NCBI GenBank assembly: GCA_001687465.1 | Contig: LVLI01000159.1 | Location: forward strand, 1 to 32,696 | Source of the DNA: Halocafeteria seosinensis | Taxonomy: Eukaryota | Direction of reading: 5' to 3' | Length of the DNA stretch: 32,696 bases | Part shown: positions 10,940-19,735 of the stretch, piece after piece | Layout of the letters: each line of letters opens with the position of its first letter | How positions within the stretch are numbered: position 1 is the first letter of the stretch | Notes under the pieces: generated by a model | Told to the model about the DNA's origin: nothing | Databases searched by the model: none | The model's input: the letters and a program-made list of their open reading frames with translations, nothing else | Translations under genes and position numbers: made by a program

Positions 10940-12647
10940 ATGAAGGATGACCCAAGGAGCAGAAAAAGACTCCGTCACTGCGGCAACACACCCCTAAACC
11001 AACACCAGCAACTGTCTTGCTGCGAACGTATTTAGAAACATGGTTTCAGCACTATTCTCATTCCCCTCGCCGACACGAGCTCATGTCCCCGTTTTTGCCG
11101 CATGTGTTCTCTATGAGCGGTACTCTGCTAACGACAACGAAGTACTGGCGAACCGTGGACGCTTCTGAAGAGGAATGGGTTGACCGTCTCTCCTGGCCCA
11201 GGTGTTTACTCGTCGCATTTGGTGAAGACGAAAAGAGACAAGCAAACATATGCTTTCCGAATTTCTCAGGAATGTTGGCAGTTGATAACGTGACCCACGA
11301 TGACAAGCTACCAAAAGCTTTAAAAAGCCTATTGGCTAAACGTTTGCCGCAAAGACCGAACTTCCAACGTCTGAAGGGTTTGACCGCACTGTCTATAAGC
11401 CCGGAAGCATTTCGCCGCGCACCCCTAGTATCTGGTTTCATCGATTCTGACTTCGGCCGACCCCTAGTACCTGGTTTAATGGATTCTGCTTTCCAACTCC
11501 TCTCCCACTTGACATTTTTGAGCATTCGTCATCAAGTGCAGGTTACCGATTCGGCTTTTCAACACTTGCACAAACTACGAGCACTTCGTATGGAATGTGG
11601 TTTGCAAACGAACATTTCGGATGCTGCATTTCAACATCTCCCCAACTTGAATTCGTTGTCCATTGATTTGTGCGGACGGATCACCATAACTGATCTAGCG
11701 TTCCAACATCTGTCGAGACTGACACACTTAAAAATAAAGTCTTGCTCTCACACGATAACTGATAATGCGTTTCGATCCCTGTCCTCATTGCGGTCGTTGA
11801 CTGTAGAGGATAGCTGCCGAGATACAATCACCAGAAGTTGCTTTCAATTTTGTTCAAACCTGACCTGTCTAAGAATGATAGATGTGGGTAGGAGTCCAGC
11901 AATCCCTGCATCGGCGTTCTTGCGTTTGTCGCACCTAATGTCTCTTCAGTTGAACGAGCCTTGGGAATCCTTCGATATATTCAAGAGCGTTCTTCAATTA
12001 ACGTCCTTACAAGTGAAGACATTTCACCTCCCTATATTCACGTCTGACCTGAAGGACCTAACACAGCTCAGACGTCTGGGTGTCAGGGGCTGTTACTTCC
12101 TAAATAGTGAATTCCCGCGCGAACGGTTACTACGCCAACTGACATATTTGGATGCAGGGGGGGGACGCCGTTTGCACGTACAATCGACGATTCAGTGTTT
12201 TGCCACCTCAGCAGGCTCAGGTACTTGAGTATGCAATCGTGGAACCAACACAGTATCACAGATTCTGGGTTTCAGTATTTGTCAAATTTGAAAAGATTAG
12301 ATATGACCAGTTGCAGTCAAACGACTATTTCTGACGGTGCCTTTCGCCACCTGAGGGGCTTAAGGGCACTAAAGATGAGCCTTTGTCATCAAACCACAAT
12401 TACGGACTCGGCTTTCCAATATCTTTCTAACTTGACATCGTTGGATATCTTCGGTTGCGACCAGACTACGATTACGGATGCCATTTTTGGCTACCTGCCA
12501 TTCAGTTTGGAACGTTTGGATATGAGTTATTGCAATCAATCAGACTCGACTATCCAGGAGCATATGTCAAACAGCTTAAATTTTCCTTACTTGACTCACC
12601 TAATGCACACCGGGGGCGTGTCCAAGACGGGGTGCCGGCACAGATAG
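10940..12647 (+). CDS. Leucine-rich repeat protein (AMN1/FBXL-like cysteine-containing LRRs, possible degenerate N-terminal F-box), frameshifted as assembled
   Basis: Repeats of type ITDxAFxHLxxLxxLxM/IxxC in ORFs 11017-12228 and 12195-12647. The frames join at the G8 run 12157-12164 (LDAGG[G]TPFARTIDDSVFCHL). ATG 10940 joins the main frame if one base is removed near the C4 run 10991-10994; otherwise the start lies further downstream. Could be a pseudogene or an assembly error. Confidence 0.75.
11421..11493 (+). repeat. 39-nt in-frame tandem duplication inside the LRR gene
   Basis: ACCCCTAGTATCTGGTTTCATCGATTCTG at 11421 and ACCCCTAGTACCTGGTTTAATGGATTCTG at 11460, encoding PLVSGFIDSDF / PLVPGLMDSAF. 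Confidence 0.85.
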
Positions 12648-12687
12648 CGGTGGCAGCTCTGTGACAAACCTCTGTCTGTCCGACCGC

Positions 12688-14034
12688 CAGGGTTTTGAAA
12701 ATGCGGATACCGGCCGTCCGCGGGCAATTCGCGGATCATCCGCCGAATCCGGGTTGCGGACGGCGGGCGGTTTTGCGGATCGGCGGATCGCAGGGTGTAT
12801 ATTTTTTGTAGTTTTCCCAAGGGGGAGAAACAGGGGAGCCTTGAACCCCTGTGGGTATGAGACTTTAACTGGTTGTGAAGCCGAAAGTTAAGGAGCTAAA
12901 TCATCCAATTCATCGTCGTTGTCCAGTCCATATTCATCTAACTCATCGAGAGTGTTGACGGAGACGTTGTCGTCCAGCTCGGCGTCACTCCCGAACAAAT
13001 CTACGCTTATATCGCGCAAAGTACCGTCGTCATCGATGCCCAAAGCCGAAGCCCCACCCTCGTCGTGCTGGCATTCTGCTTGAGAAGATGCTAAACAGTG
13101 ATTGCGCTTGGATTTGACGAGATCATATCGTAGCATCATGATATCACGGAACTTCTGGGGCCCTAAGCGCCGTCTAAGCTTATGGTTGATCCATCCAGCC
13201 GTGCTGAAGAGTCGCTCAGGGCCGGCTGGGATCGCGAAGACCACTTTCACAACTGGACTCAGAAGTGGAAGAGACTCTTGATAAGTTCTCCAGAATGCCA
13301 GAGGAGATATGTCATGTTTGTTCGGGTCCTTCATGAACTTTGTGGATAGACCAACGTACCTGCTAAACTCTTGTTGGAGGGTCGTGCTGAGGTCACTGGG
13401 GTTAGACGTCCCACCACTACTGATACCACGCAAAGGACAGTCATCGGCATCGGAATCATCAATCTCTACTAGCGTGCCTTGCAAGAACTCCTCTAGTTTT
13501 CCCGGGTACCATCGTTCCCATACAGCGCGTACAACTTTTTCCAACTTCGTGTTGACATCATCTGCCTAGCCATTCCTTCAAAGTTCTGAAACTCCCCGTG
13601 GAGTATTTCACGGGGAAAGCCTCTTTTGGACTAGCAAAGCGCGGATCCAATATACAGCAAAGCCAACAGACGTTGGAGTCAATCTTCTTGAAACGCCTAT
13701 GCTCTTCGTCATCGAGTATTATCATGTTGTCCAAAGTACCAGAAGGTTTTCACTTCTTCGTGGAAGCAACCGTGGTGTCCGCTGGCGCCGCTGCGCCATC
13801 TCGAGCAGTATTAAACATTTTCAAGCTAGTTTTCGCGATTTGCCACTTGGATGTTGGAGACAATACACGAATCGACCCGTATACAGCCACTAATGATACA
13901 CAAAGCCCCCATTGAGAAGGCCGATCCGCCGATCCGCAAAACCGCAGCCATTTGGCTGCGGGCGGTTGCGGATCGCGTCCGCCGACCCTGCTGGGTTGCG
14001 GACGGCGGATCAGATCCGCGGATTCAAAACCCTG
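12688..14034 (-). mobile_element. Non-autonomous (internally deleted) hAT-superfamily DNA transposon, 1347 bp
   Basis: Perfect 12-bp TIR CAGGGTTTTGAA (12688-12699) / TTCAAAACCCTG (14023-14034). Perfect 8-bp TSD CCGACCGC at 12680-12687 and 14035-14042. GCGGAT-rich subterminal repeats and hAT transposase remnants inside. Confidence 0.96.
12888..13735 (-). pseudogene. Truncated hAT transposase (LDPRF motif plus C-terminal dimerisation domain)
   Basis: ORF 12888-13544 has PLAFWRTYQESLPLLSPVVKVVFAIPAGPERLFSTAG...RRRLGPQKFRDIMML (hATC domain) and an acidic tail. A different frame upstream reads CWLCCILDPRF (LDPRF at 13636-13650). No BED finger or N-terminal catalytic region is recognisable. Confidence 0.88.
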
Positions 14035-14814
14035 CCGACCGCCCTGCCTCAGGCTGCCTGGAAGCTGCCGCCATTTGAGATTTCAAAACAGGGCAGTGAC
14101 ATCAAAAATCATGTAAATCAATTGTCGCTATTGTAGTTACTATTTGATATACGTGTATGTGGTATAATTTGTACATCAGAAAGTTATATACACCCTTCAT
14201 TGGTGCTTGCTAATTCAAACAGTCGAACGCTCGTCTGTTGGAATTCAAGCTGCCCCCAAACAGCCACCTCGAGGCTCAAGCTTACCTCGGTTCCGCAGGA
14301 AAGTTTTGCAGCAAGCCTTTGCTTCAAGCTGCCTGCCGTTTCGGACACGCCCCGCGGCTCGGGTTCCCCGGGGAACTTCCCCGTCTCATGGCGTAGCGTA
14401 CTAGTAGCCTGTAGCAGACACGTCTTCCGGTAGAATACCGGTACACTTGTCCCGAACCTTGTAGCCTAGTTGGGAGCACTCACTAAACTTACAGTAACAG
14501 AAAGAGTACGATTAATGTCAACTGGAGTGAGTTGGGTAGCCTTTAGACTTTGTACGTACCGTACTCTTGAAATACCTGGAAAAAAAAAAAAAAAAAAAGC
14601 TTCGAAGGGACACTCGAACACGTAGCATGATTGATAGTCATCCGTGTTTCCTGACCACACCGTACTTGTCAACTCTAGTACATGCCATGACAGACGATAT
14701 TTGATTTGCTATGTTTTCCATAAGAGCGAATATATATGTTTTACAGTAGTTGTACTACAATTGAATATACTGCATGCTGTAAAGTGTGGCAACGGGCTAC
14801 AAATCGGTGCTGTG

Positions 14815-15234
14815 ATGCGTTTTCTGACGCTCGTTGTGCTATTCGCGATCGTTTTCAGCGCACTATGTGGCATCGTAGAGGCCAGGCGCCGTCGAAGAGC
14901 TGATGACCACAAGACGGACTTTAGGGAGCCTCTAATGATACTTGCAGGAGCGATAACTCTGCTGTTTATGCCCCTCTTCGTGAGCACCATTTACAATCTG
15001 GCCAAGGACCCCTTGACGCCAGAGCTTATTAGGGAGTGCTGGAGACGGACCAAAGAGTCCTGTAGGAAGCGCAAGATGACGTGGAACCAAGGGAGTGCAT
15101 ATCAGAGAGCAAGCACGGAATTCCCGATTCAAAGTCGTCCGAATTTGAGAAGTCAACAACTCCTGGAAGAGATGTACGCATCAGACGACGATAACGGGTC
15201 CATAACAGACTCAAGTGACGACAGCGATGAGTGA
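14815..15234 (+). CDS. Small hypothetical membrane protein, 139 aa (signal peptide plus one TM helix, acidic tail)
   Basis: ATG 14815 gives MRFLTLVVLFAIVFSALCGIVEA (signal-like), RRRRR, hydrophobic LMILAGAITLLFMPLFVSTIY, and a C-terminal DDDNGSITDSSDDSDE. Confidence 0.7.
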   Translation: MRFLTLVVLFAIVFSALCGIVEARRRRRADDHKTDFREPLMILAGAITLLFMPLFVSTIYNLAKDPLTPELIRECWRRTKESCRKRKMTWNQGSAYQRASTEFPIQSRPNLRSQQLLEEMYASDDDNGSITDSSDDSDE

Positions 15235-15411
15235 GAGATACAAGCCATCTATATAGAGCATTCAACGACGACAAGCGTGTTCATTGACTGTGACGACAAC
15301 ACAAAAAGAACTAACGTTCTGGAATACATCATTAACGATGAGCTAAGCTGTAGCGTAGAAAACCTGGAAGAACCTTGACCCAAGAAGGCTTTCCATGCAG
15401 CTTTCAAACGA

Positions 15412-16992
15412 TTATTGATCAACTTCGTATCCGCACATTTTCCTGTAGTTCCGCTTAATGGATTCCATCGACAGTAAAACGATCATAGCATGAGGACCGC
15501 AACGTCCCCAGAATGCAAAGTAACCTCTCCAGAAAGAAGTAAGGCCTTCATTCCTGAAAATTTTCCAGGCGCAATCTGTTACGTGTTTGTACGGATAGTT
15601 TCCTGTACAATGGGGAGAAGATAATACCAGCTATAAGAACTTGACTTGGACTGCACTGCCAATGCTAACTTTACATACCGTTTGCATCGGCCGACATGTT
15701 TTGCAATCGGGTCTTAATCAGGTCGAATGGTAGTGAAGTGAACTGCAACAGGTACGGAAGACAGCGCAAGATTAGCAAAGTCAGAGTATCTCTGTAGTGT
15801 TTGGAGAATGCTTACGGCACAAGCAGCTCCAGCTAGAGCAGAAGCCCCGAGCTCTGTGTCAAAGCCCTTTCTACCCACTGCTCCTTGAATCATTTCTTTT
15901 GCCTGCACATAGATAGTAGCGGTTGAATGAAGCACATACACATGACTAGAGCTGATGAATTACTGCGAGTGTTGACTAACCTGATCATAAGTGGCCATCA
16001 TACCCATGTTCATTGCCATGGCGCGAGCAATATTTGGCTCGATGCCCCTAAAGAGGCTTGTGAATCCTTCCTCTCGGAAGATACGGAAGAGGGCATCTCC
16101 AACGTGTTTGTACCCCCGACGGTCTGCAATCCAAAACCACATTGGCGTAAATATGCATACAAAGTACCAATTACTATTGCCGATCCGAAAACGTACCAGC
16201 TGCATGGCTCATGTTGTCGGCTTGCATTCGAACCAAGGCAATATCAAACGGGTTTCCAATAAACGAGGCGATGGCTCCGGAGGTCAAACTAGAGGCAATT
16301 TTCAAGCTCGGTTTCAGATTCCCTCCTCCTTGTTTTTCCTTCAAATAATCACTAAAACTTCGATGGAGACCAAGCCGCGCCGTTCCGTAAATAGCTTGAC
16401 GTCCCAAGGACGCCGATAACCCCGCATACAGTGCCGTGAAGCCTTCATCGCGGAGGACGTTGCGCAGGACGGAGAACATAGAGGGGCGAACGCCTTCCTT
16501 CTGTCCGATCAGCTGGAGACGGACTTTGGTTAAATCTATGGGGTGGACACCTGTCCCGACAGCATCAGAATGAACAGCACACGAAGATAGATTCAGACAG
16601 ATGTCACCTTCAACTTGGGAGGTTTATTGGCCATTTTCACTTACATGTGGATGCAAACATGGCACCTGCGCCACCGCATACGTACGGCTCAATGGCCTTG
16701 CCGACCTTGGTCAGCGTGGAGTCTGCATGGACAATATACAAGGGAAAAAGTGAGCGTGAAACAGGACGTGCCACCGCCAATATTGCCTTTTTCTTGCATT
16801 TCCTTCCTTCCTTCAGAGCCAATACCACACCCAACCCTTCTTTCCTACGTGCACAAGAATGCCAGGTGGGTACGGCCGCTCAAACATGCAAAACGAGGTC
16901 GTGTAGGGCCAACAAGAACAACTATCGCGCGCCCAGAACACTGTTCTCGGGGGGCAAGACTTACGAGGCGCTTTTTCGTTTGTTTGAGCCAT
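15412..16992 (-). CDS. SLC25A11: Mitochondrial 2-oxoglutarate/malate (OGC/DTC-type) carrier, ~314 aa, 7 exons (16992-16965, 16722-16645, 16550-16197, 16123-15981, 15902-15816, 15742-15679, 15602-15412)
   Basis: Three carrier signatures HPIDLTKVRLQ, NPFDIALVRMQ, LPFDLIKTRLQ. Subfamily motifs RQAIYGTARLG, RAMAMNMGMMATYDQ, RCGPHAM. All six introns are GT-AG with consistent phases. Family is certain; exact orthology (OGC, DTC or DIC) is less so. Confidence 0.92.
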
Positions 16993-17346
16993 TTTCTCGG
17001 TCACTTTGCAGCGTCAATAGGATGTCGACACAACTGACATTAACTTGCTCAAGGACACGGGCGTCCGACAATACTACGTGGCTTATAAACACCGAAAATG
17101 AAGACCTTCCATGAAAAGTCGACGAAAAGATTGCTTCCTTTGCTACTTTTTTTGGAAAAGTCGTTTGAGTCTGACTCTTTTGAATTAGGGGTGTGGAATT
17201 GAATAATTGAACCGAGGAGAAAGGCAATTCATAAAGAGAGAGCAGAGAATAGTGAATTTGAATTGTCAACCATGATAGGGTTCTGGGAAATATGACAGCG
17301 TTTATTGATCATTCAAATAACCACGACATATACTCTTAAACGGTAG

Positions 17347-19456
17347 CTATTTTTTACTGGCTCCGTGAAACTGTATGTTACGGCGGCCACTACTGGTACC
17401 GGAAGAGCCACTACCAGCAGTAGCATGCATACGACCAGTACTGCCAATAGCATCCAAAGAGCTCTTCTTGCCTTCCTTTGTTTCGGACAGAAATTTGTCC
17501 AGCCCAAATACGTCTTCTTTTTCACCAGATTTTTCGAATTGAACAGGTTGATCACGGGATCCTTTTTTGCTTCGATCCACACCCTCAAAATCGACATCCG
17601 GTTTGAATGTTCGAGCTCCCTTGAGTTTCTCCAGCTGTTCCTCAGGATTTCCGTAGGCCTCAGAATCACCCACATTGGGTCTGTATACACTTCTCCCGGT
17701 ATCTTCCCGCAGAGGTTTCGAATAGACGTTATATTCATCCTCGTGGCCGAATCCCGTAGTGAGACCCTGTTCTTGGTTAAACAGACGCTGGTCAAACATG
17801 GATTCATTTCCACCGAGATTCTTGCCCTGGTTCATACCAAGGGCAATCTTTTCGGACACATCACGATCCGCATCACGCATTCGTTTAGTCTTGACACCAC
17901 TTTGTTCGAGTCGCAGTTCACGCTCTCGTTCGCGCTTCCGTTCTAACCTGATTTTCTCGCGTTCAACTCGAGCCTTTTCGTCTTCATCTTCCTGTCCACC
18001 ACCTTCTTCCTCATCTGATTCAGAACGTGAACGCCTTCTTCCTCTTGCTTCTTCACGACCATATCCTTCTTCCTCATCATCATAATGACCATTTTCTCCC
18101 TGTTCACCTTGATACTGCTGTGACGGGCCTCCTTCAGCCTGAGGAAGTCCAGCGCGCTCACGGCGTTTCTGTTCCGCCACCTTACGGAGTTCCTCCTCCT
18201 TCTTTTCTTTCTCCTGTTGATTCAAACGTTTGCGAATTTGTGCACGGCTCTCTACCTCATCTCTGGCCTTACGCTCTGCGACATACAATGCCTCCGATAA
18301 CGTGGAAAATTTATCATTGATTGTCGATGTTTGCAAGGAACGGCCGTCAGCTGCCAGGCGTTTGTCCAACGGTACTGTGTACCCTCTGCTGTTCTTCCAA
18401 TTCGAAATACACGGGGGAATCTTCCACTTTTGCTGGTCTTCTACAGTGAGTTTTCGTTGAGGACTATGCAAAATAGGCACCGGCGATGATTCCTTGGATT
18501 GCGGGACTTTCTTGTGTTTGAATCTGGGGGGTTCCAAAGGATCCTCCGGCGCTTCTGCCATTCGAACGACGCGCTGACTGGCATTCGGATTGTATCCCGG
18601 TGCATTTTCATCGGGTGTATAGCGGAAATATTGGCTCTGTTTATGTCGTTCAGTACTTTGCTCCGGAAGTTTAACCGGTTGTTTAGTGGCGACTTGAGAT
18701 TCCACGATTTTGCCTAGGGCTTGCTTGGTGCGTTCCGCCGTCGCTTTCTCCGCTTCCTCTGACGGCCGTTCCATAATCACTTTGTTAGGATCCTTCTCCA
18801 CGAGGTCTTGGTATTGTGAATGGATGACTTTGCCATCTTTGGCAAATTGTTGCACAATGGCATCGTGACGTACATTGCCGCTAGAATCCACATGAACGGG
18901 GACAACCTGCTGGGACTTTTTCTGCCCCGGCCTGCCCATATTGAGAGGGTATTGGGCCACATGAATCTCGGGAAATGCGCCTCCATCGCCGAAATCCTGG
19001 GCTTGACGGGGCATATACCCCTTGCGTTGGCCATACGGAGGGATTTGTTGGCCACTCGACTGCCGCTGGATTTGGCCTTCGGTGCTCCTCTCGTCATTGT
19101 ACACGTCATACGAGTGCACAGGGGCCGGAATGTTCCTGCAAAACAGGCAAACACACATGGCATAGTGAATGGACCCAAGGAGCCTTTATAATGGGGAGAA
19201 AATAACAAAAAAGGTGTACATGTCTCACTCCCCTGAACACTCCCTACACTGATGACCCCGGGGACACGTTGAAGTAGGTACACGTGCCTACTTCAACAGC
19301 TGTTTATCGCTCATTTGCAAGGTATATTCACCAAAGAACAATCGCCATGGTACCACACGAGGGAAATCGTTTTGTCGAAGTGATCAGGGTCCTCTCGGAA
19401 CCATTTGCTAGCCGTGAACGGAAAGAGAGCCCAACTTACCTAGTTAGAGTAGCCAT
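17347..19456 (-). CDS. SNW1: SNW domain-containing protein 1 (SKIP/Prp45), spliceosomal factor, ~601 aa, exons 19456-19440 and 19135-17347
   Basis: FGDGGAFPEIHVAQYPLNMGR, DPLEPPRFKHKK, LHSP, WKIPPCISNWKN, YTVPLDKRLAADGR, RDVSEKIALG, FDQRLFN. Short first exon (MATLT) with a GTAAGT donor in phase with the TGCAG acceptor at 19136. Confidence 0.96.
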
Positions 19457-19735
19457 TTTCGATCTAACTAAACGCACAATTTCCCCATTCACTACTGTAC
19501 CCTATACACGCTTATCCTTGTGCCAGTATCAGACAACACTGATCACCACCATCTTTGCAAGAAACACTAAGCGGAGAAAAATCGAGTAGATGAAAAGATT
19601 GTCGCGTTGAAAATCGGGCCCGAAGCCGAATCTTTTTTTTTTTGAACAACGAGGGAAAAAGGAGGTCTTGTTTGAGGCCCGATTTCGAAGCCTTGCCTGC
19701 GTTTATTCGCGTTTTTCCAAAGGTTACTCGGTACC
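19457..19735. promoter_or_regulatory. Probable bidirectional promoter between SNW1 and the multi-PDZ gene
   Basis: Divergent start codons 279 bp apart (19456 minus, 19736 plus); T11 tract at 19633-19643. Confidence 0.55.

Noticed and set aside
13593..13616. Hairpin TCCCCGTG-N8-CACGGGGA inside the transposon
   Set aside because: Short stem within transposase-derived sequence; no evidence of function, and bacterial-type terminators are not relevant here.
14363..14376. Perfect 14-bp palindrome GTTCCCCGGGGAAC and nearby TTCAAGCTGCC repeats (14244, 14323)
   Set aside because: Isolated, with no TSD or element structure; cannot be assigned a role.
14580..14598. A19 tract as a possible retroposon tail
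   Set aside because: No flanking target-site duplication or SINE/LINE body found; more simply a poly(dA:dT) tract.
17365..19205. Plus-strand ORFs of 70-190 aa overlapping SNW1, and similar antisense ORFs over the PDZ, tubulin and mucin-like genes
   Set aside because: Shadow frames opposite well-supported genes, with no independent motifs.
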